From the IMG/VR virus record IMGVR_UViG_3300032301_000205, positions 1-31,104 of that record: DNA of 31,104 nt; one strand, written 5' to 3'. The translations under genes and the position numbers were made by a program. Positions within the stretch are counted from its first letter, which is position 1; every line of letters starts with the position of its first letter. Source of the DNA: a virus (taxonomy: Duplodnaviria > Caudoviricetes). Shown piece after piece: positions 27,070 to 31,104 of the stretch. The notes below the pieces were generated by a model. That model worked only from the letters and a program-made list of their open reading frames with translations, made no database searches and was not told where the DNA came from.

Positions 27070-27124
27070 AAAAAAAAACTTTCTTTTTGTATGTAGCTAT
27101 TCGTATAGTTACTCATCGTATTCG

Positions 27125-27317
27125 TTCTGCCCTTTGGAGAGGGCAGACCTAGCCCTACCTAGGTTTGCCTTAACAACTTCTGCCCAATGGTTTCAGTTGA
27201 CCCGCCAGTCTTTCGAGATACGGGCACTAGCTTCGCCACCCGATGTGCTATTTCAATCTCTTACCCTTCTAGTAACACTATCCTCTTTAATCGCTACGAT
27301 GTCGTTAGAGCCGCCAA
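27125..27317 (-). ncRNA. Candidate structured RNA between the two HNH genes
   Basis: Five stems plus a possible GAGAU/AUCUC pseudoknot. Most G-U pairs favour the minus strand. Confidence 0.45.
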
Positions 27318-27719
27318 TTAAAGAGTAAAACTATTAGACTTCTTTCTATTCTCTGATGCTTTTGTAATTCTTAAATTTGTTGCAATATGTAATCCGCTTA
27401 CTAACTTTCCATTCAATGGAATTATATGATCAACCTCATACTTTCCTTGACCGCCCTTGTTTAGTTCAAAACATCTAGCGTACACATCCTTAATCTCTTT
27501 TACATCAGCCCACTTCGGCATTGTTGCTTTAATTTTATTTCTTCTTTTTGCTCCATCATGCAATGCTTGCACATGATGTTTTTTACACTTCCTTGTTTCT
27601 TCTGTGTGATAAACACAAGCATCCCACTTGCCACGACCCCAAGCACCTTGGTTTTTGCGTTCTAATTTTCCACGCTTAGACCTTTTGTAATTGGATAAAC
27701 AATCGGGGCATATCTTCAT
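27318..27719 (-). CDS. HNH endonuclease (start MKICPDC)
   Basis: PKWAD...EVDHIIPLNGKLVSGLHIATNL......N..KSN. Confidence 0.75.
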   Translation of the reverse strand: MKICPDCLSNYKRSKRGKLERKNQGAWGRGKWDACVYHTEETRKCKKHHVQALHDGAKRRNKIKATMPKWADVKEIKDVYARCFELNKGGQGKYEVDHIIPLNGKLVSGLHIATNLRITKASENRKKSNSFTL

Positions 27720-27965
27720 AAGGATTCCATTGTAAATTTTTAACAAAGATTTGCAAGGAGTTTTGGTGCAAGCACGTACAAACACGTACGAACATATGTT
27801 TAAACTTTATTGTTGTTCCTGGAAGCGGCTGCTGCTTCTGGCTGCCAAAAAAAAAGAGAGAGTGTTTAAACTCTCTCAAAGTACTACCTCACACGGAAGG
27901 AACTACAAAGTAACCAATCTATTTTATTCGTAAAATTAAATAACGCAAGCAAATCGTAGGGGTTG

Positions 27966-27994
27966 TTGACAAGCCTTGGCTTACTGTATAATAT
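27966..27994 (+). promoter_or_regulatory. Near-consensus sigma70 promoter driving the sRNA
   Basis: TTGACA(27966)-17 nt-TAATAT(27989), with an overlapping TATAAT at 27987. Confidence 0.8.
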
Positions 27995-28000
27995 TGCCTT

Positions 28001-28077
28001 AGTTGAATGCGAATTGAGCCTCCAATCAATCAGACCAGTAGGTCGGAGAACCACCCTTAAAAAAGGTGGTTTTTTTT
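28001..28077 (+). ncRNA. Candidate trans-acting anti-RBS small RNA
   Basis: Bounded by a promoter and a terminator, no ORF, three hairpins. Seed UUGAGCCUCCAAUCAA is complementary to several phage RBSs. Confidence 0.7.
28049..28077 (+). terminator. Rho-independent terminator (possibly bidirectional with rusA)
   Basis: AACCACC...GGTGGTT followed by a T-run. Confidence 0.8.
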
Positions 28078-28435
28078 ATTCCCTTTTAGATACTTCTATC
28101 TCGCACCGAGGGTTCTCTTTATCCACACCCATCCAGTAGATATGTTTCTCTTTTACTTGTCTATCATTTTGATAGGCTACCTCTTGTAGTAGATCAAGGA
28201 TCAAACTTTCATCTAAATCAGGTCTGCGGGATGCGTACCAAATGCGAATCGTTACTACGACATCATCCTGAAAAACTTCGCTGGGAGCTATAACGCACTG
28301 CTGTTTAAACGCTTTAGCATACGCTAACGCCTTCTCGGACTTGATAAACATTGGCTTCCCACGGATGTATACCATTTTGCGTGAATTTGCTTTGCTGGCT
28401 GGCTCGCCAAATATTTTTAATAAAAGTGTTTGCAT
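28076..28435 (-). CDS. rusA: RusA-like Holliday junction resolvase
   Basis: GEPASKAN...RRPDLD...D.L....Y.NDRQV...PRCEIEV. Confidence 0.8.
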   Translation of the reverse strand: MQTLLLKIFGEPASKANSRKMVYIRGKPMFIKSEKALAYAKAFKQQCVIAPSEVFQDDVVVTIRIWYASRRPDLDESLILDLLQEVAYQNDRQVKEKHIYWMGVDKENPRCEIEVSKRE

Positions 28436-28476
28436 TTTGTAAAAAGTAGTATTAGTATGATGGTTCGCATACGAAC
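28430..28476 (+). promoter_or_regulatory. Putative promoter and inverted repeat for the recombination operon
   Basis: TTGCAT-17-TAGTAT (28430-28458), followed by GTTCG-cata-CGAAC (28463-28476). Confidence 0.5.
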
Positions 28477-28485
28477 GAGGCTCAC

Positions 28486-29379
28486 ATGAAGATCACAAAT
28501 AAGTTTAACGTACCTGAGACTTTGGTTGCTTTAGCTACTAGAGATTACTACACAAAAGGTGATGCAGACTTTTCTGTCACCGAAATCATTTCTCCACCCC
28601 GCATTCAGCGGTTGCGTAGGAAACACTACGATGAGATGGAGCAAGACGTTGCTGATATGTTATGGATGTTGCTAGGTACTGCCTTGCACGTTGTAGCAGA
28701 GCGTTCCGAGGTCGTTGGTCATACCAATGAAGAACGTCTATCAGTTGCCATAGATGATGTTATCCTGTCGGGCGCAATTGATTTACAAAGGAACGACAAA
28801 GATGGCACAGTCATCACCGACTACAAGTTCACATCAGCATGGGCAATCATGAACGATAAGCCTGAGTGGGAACAACAACAAAACATTTACAAGTATTTAG
28901 TTGAGCGTGTTAAGAAACAACCAGTCAAGAAACTGGAGATCTGTGCGCTCATTCGGGATTGGTCTCGTAGAGATGCAATGTATAAAGCAGACTATCCACA
29001 AGCACCGATTCAAGTAATCAACATTCCTATATGGACACATGATCGTGTTGAACATTTCATTAGGGAGCGGATCAATTTACATCGTGATGCCAAGGTCAAT
29101 GCGGATTGGGAAGAGGAGCTCCCATTGTGTACCGAGGAGGAGCGTTGGGTTCGTGAAACTAAATATGCAGTTAAGAAAGAAGGTCGTAAAACTGCAGTAA
29201 GAGTTTTTGATTCAGAAGAAGAGGCATTGGGCTTGCTTTCAGAGATGCCCGAAAAAGATAAAGGGTTCATAGAAATCCGCAAAGGTGAGGCAGTACGTTG
29301 CACTGGCAATTTCTGCGGTGTAAATCAATGGTGTAGTCAATATCAACAATCGTTACAGGAGGAATCAAATGTTAACTGA
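28486..29379 (+). CDS. PD-(D/E)XK exonuclease (Cas4/RecB-like)
   Basis: GTALH, SGAID, DYK and C-terminal C....C.....C cluster, upstream of ERF. Confidence 0.8.
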   Translation: MKITNKFNVPETLVALATRDYYTKGDADFSVTEIISPPRIQRLRRKHYDEMEQDVADMLWMLLGTALHVVAERSEVVGHTNEERLSVAIDDVILSGAIDLQRNDKDGTVITDYKFTSAWAIMNDKPEWEQQQNIYKYLVERVKKQPVKKLEICALIRDWSRRDAMYKADYPQAPIQVINIPIWTHDRVEHFIRERINLHRDAKVNADWEEELPLCTEEERWVRETKYAVKKEGRKTAVRVFDSEEEALGLLSEMPEKDKGFIEIRKGEAVRCTGNFCGVNQWCSQYQQSLQEESNVN

Positions 29380-29608
29380 AGAGCAACAACAGAGATTAAA
29401 GTCCGCAAGTAGAGGACAAAATCACATCATGTTTGGAGTGATGAATCAAGAGTTAGACGATGTCATAGCGGATGTGATGAGGCAAAACCCATCAGCCTAC
29501 TATGCAAGGCACGAGTTAAAGGATCGTAATTTTTACCATGAGCCTAGACAGTTACTGGAGTACAAGTCGTTTGTAATTCCATGTGTTCGTTTTGCTCACA
29601 CCAATTAA
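29369..29608 (+). CDS. Hypothetical protein
   Basis: AGGAGG RBS, in operon. Confidence 0.65.
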   Translation: MLTEEQQQRLKSASRGQNHIMFGVMNQELDDVIADVMRQNPSAYYARHELKDRNFYHEPRQLLEYKSFVIPCVRFAHTN

Positions 29609-29621
29609 AAGGAGAATTAAA

Positions 29622-29795
29622 GTGAAAACTAGACAAGAGATGATTTATGACTTTATGTTGGCATTAACTAGTGGCGGTGAAACAGTTTTTGAATTACTGC
29701 CATCAGATTTGTCGTTAAATAATTATGAGGCACACGAAGCTATCTATGTAGTTGCTAATAAATTAGCGGATCAATTTTTGGATAATGCACAATGA
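29622..29795 (+). CDS. Hypothetical protein (GTG start, MKTRQEMIYDFMLAL)
   Basis: AAGGAG RBS, ATGA overlap with ERF. Confidence 0.65.
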   Translation: MKTRQEMIYDFMLALTSGGETVFELLPSDLSLNNYEAHEAIYVVANKLADQFLDNAQ

Positions 29796-30421
29796 AAGTA
29801 TATAAAAAACTAAGCGATGCTCGCATCCAATTACAAGGAACTGAGTTAACAAAATCAGGTCACAATAAGTTTGCGGGATACAAGTACTTTGAGTTGGGAG
29901 ATTTTCTCCCCGCAGTTCAATCAATCTTTAACAAAGTTGGATTGGTTGATGCTATTTCTTTTACCGAAGATCTAGCTACTATGGTGGTATACGATGTGGA
30001 AGATGGAAGTTCAGTTACCTTTACTTCCCCTATGGGTTCTGCGAATCTCAAAGGCTGTCATGAAGTCCAAAATATAGGTGCGGTTGAAACCTACCAACGT
30101 AGGTATTTATATGTTACCGCCTTGAGCATTGTTGAACATGATGCGCTTGATGCGGTTACAGGATCTGCGCCAGCAGAACCAAAGAAAGCCGAAGTAAAAA
30201 AGCCTGACGTTAAGAAGGATGCCGAGCCTAGCCCTGACGATATTTTGTTGATCGAATCATTGGTCAATTTCGGTGAGACTTGCGAGACGATGTCTGAGTT
30301 AACTGGTCTTTGGAAACAAAATCAGAAACAGATAGATGGAATCAAAGCAAGCAACAAAGAGTTGTTTAACACGTTGCAAACTAAGTTTGCGGAATACAAA
30401 GCCAAATTCAAGGAGGAATAA
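29792..30421 (+). CDS. erf: ERF-family single-strand annealing protein
   Basis: G.NKFAGYKYFELGDF...GAVETYQRRY...D.D. Confidence 0.85.
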   Translation: MKVYKKLSDARIQLQGTELTKSGHNKFAGYKYFELGDFLPAVQSIFNKVGLVDAISFTEDLATMVVYDVEDGSSVTFTSPMGSANLKGCHEVQNIGAVETYQRRYLYVTALSIVEHDALDAVTGSAPAEPKKAEVKKPDVKKDAEPSPDDILLIESLVNFGETCETMSELTGLWKQNQKQIDGIKASNKELFNTLQTKFAEYKAKFKEE

Positions 30422-30422
30422 C

Positions 30423-30692
30423 ATGGCATTCGAACTAAGACCCAATAGCGGTGCAATCTTTGCAGTTAAAAGCAAAAAGAATCCCGCACAACCTGACTAT
30501 CGTGGTGATCTGTTAATTGATCTCAGCGCATTTGAGGTTGTTGACAACAAGATTACTGTCTCGTTATCGGGATGGAAAAAGCCAATGAGCGGGGGCAGTA
30601 CATTCCTATCATTGCAAGCACAGAAACCCTATGTAGCAGAAGGTCAAGCACAATCTAACGATGGAGGCATGGACGATGACATCCCTTTCTGA
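30423..30692 (+). CDS. SSB-like protein
   Basis: QPDYRG motif and acidic DDDIPF C-terminus, AGGAGG RBS. Confidence 0.75.
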   Translation: MAFELRPNSGAIFAVKSKKNPAQPDYRGDLLIDLSAFEVVDNKITVSLSGWKKPMSGGSTFLSLQAQKPYVAEGQAQSNDGGMDDDIPF

Positions 30693-31038
30693 AAACCCAG
30701 TAGCTAAAAAGCGTGGCAGACCAGCTGGTTCCAAAAATAAACGTGTTAGAACAGTTGCTGGCAAAGAGTACGCCTTTAAGGATAAAGCGTTTAAACGCAG
30801 AGGTAGACCCAGGTTAACTGAGTTGCCTTTGGGTGCAAGCAGTTGGCAAGACGCTTATAACAAAACATTTAAGAACCTTGAACGTGCTTATGAGCGTTTG
30901 GTGGAGTTCCATGATGTTCACACAAAGTTAGAACAAGCAGAGAATGACATTGTTGGAATGGCTACGATTATTAACTACCTAGAACTTAAGCTTGAAGAAG
31001 CTAAACAAAAGGCAAATGATGAACGCACTTCAATTTGA
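30676..31038 (+). CDS. AT-hook plus coiled-coil protein
   Basis: KKRGRPAGSKNK and KRRGRPR motifs. GGAGG at 30663 supports the ATG at 30676. Confidence 0.65.
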   Translation: MTSLSENPVAKKRGRPAGSKNKRVRTVAGKEYAFKDKAFKRRGRPRLTELPLGASSWQDAYNKTFKNLERAYERLVEFHDVHTKLEQAENDIVGMATIINYLELKLEEAKQKANDERTSI

Positions 31039-31104
31039 GGCAGTCAAGATTGCTCTAAAGCAAGACAAGACTGGATTCGTGTTGACGTTAAACATTCACC
31101 CTGA
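31016..31104 (+). CDS. Hypothetical protein, 5' part (runs off the window)
   Basis: MMNALQFEAVKIALKQDKTGFVLTLNIHP, open to the edge. Confidence 0.55.
   Translation, partial: MMNALQFEAVKIALKQDKTGFVLTLNIHP

Noticed and set aside
27125-27719. Group I intron with HNH homing endonuclease
   Set aside because: CUCGAAAGACUG resembles the R element, but I found no downstream P7 partner (CAGUC/UAGUC) and no interrupted gene.
26794-27719. IscB/HEARO (OMEGA) system
   Set aside because: Both HNH proteins are small and lack the PLMP and split RuvC motifs.
28486-29379. Cas4-like gene as part of a CRISPR system
   Set aside because: There is no array or other cas gene, and the ERF and SSB neighbours indicate a recombination exonuclease.
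1-31104. Stop-codon reassignment (alternative genetic code)
   Set aside because: Core genes are full length in code 11. The only in-frame split is at a TAA followed by its own RBS.

Overview
This is a 31 kb segment of a tailed dsDNA phage, probably podovirus-like. It resembles uncultured aquatic phages with a Mu gpT-like capsid. A proteobacterial host is inferred, not shown. Bases 1-18863 (minus strand) hold the morphogenesis module: tail and adaptor proteins, a cluster of small Lys/Gly-rich proteins, a glycosyltransferase-like gene, major capsid protein, scaffold, GroES, portal, TerL, a LexA-type HTH protein and TerS. A ~930 bp ORF-free gap follows, then a divergent early operon (SprT-like protease, MoxR/CobS AAA+ ATPase, split CobT-like/vWA pair, small acidic proteins). 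Replication and recombination genes come last (primase-helicase, two HNH, RusA, PD-(D/E)XK nuclease, ERF, SSB). The most striking signals are non-coding. (1) A ~77 nt sRNA at 28001-28077 has its own near-consensus promoter and terminator, and its seed is complementary to the ribosome-binding sites of at least five early or replication genes. (2) A ~410 nt highly paired leader RNA precedes the early operon. (3) There is a chromosomal-type parS site. (4) The palindrome GTTTAAAC occurs at least 17 times. All calls are by eye and no searches were run.
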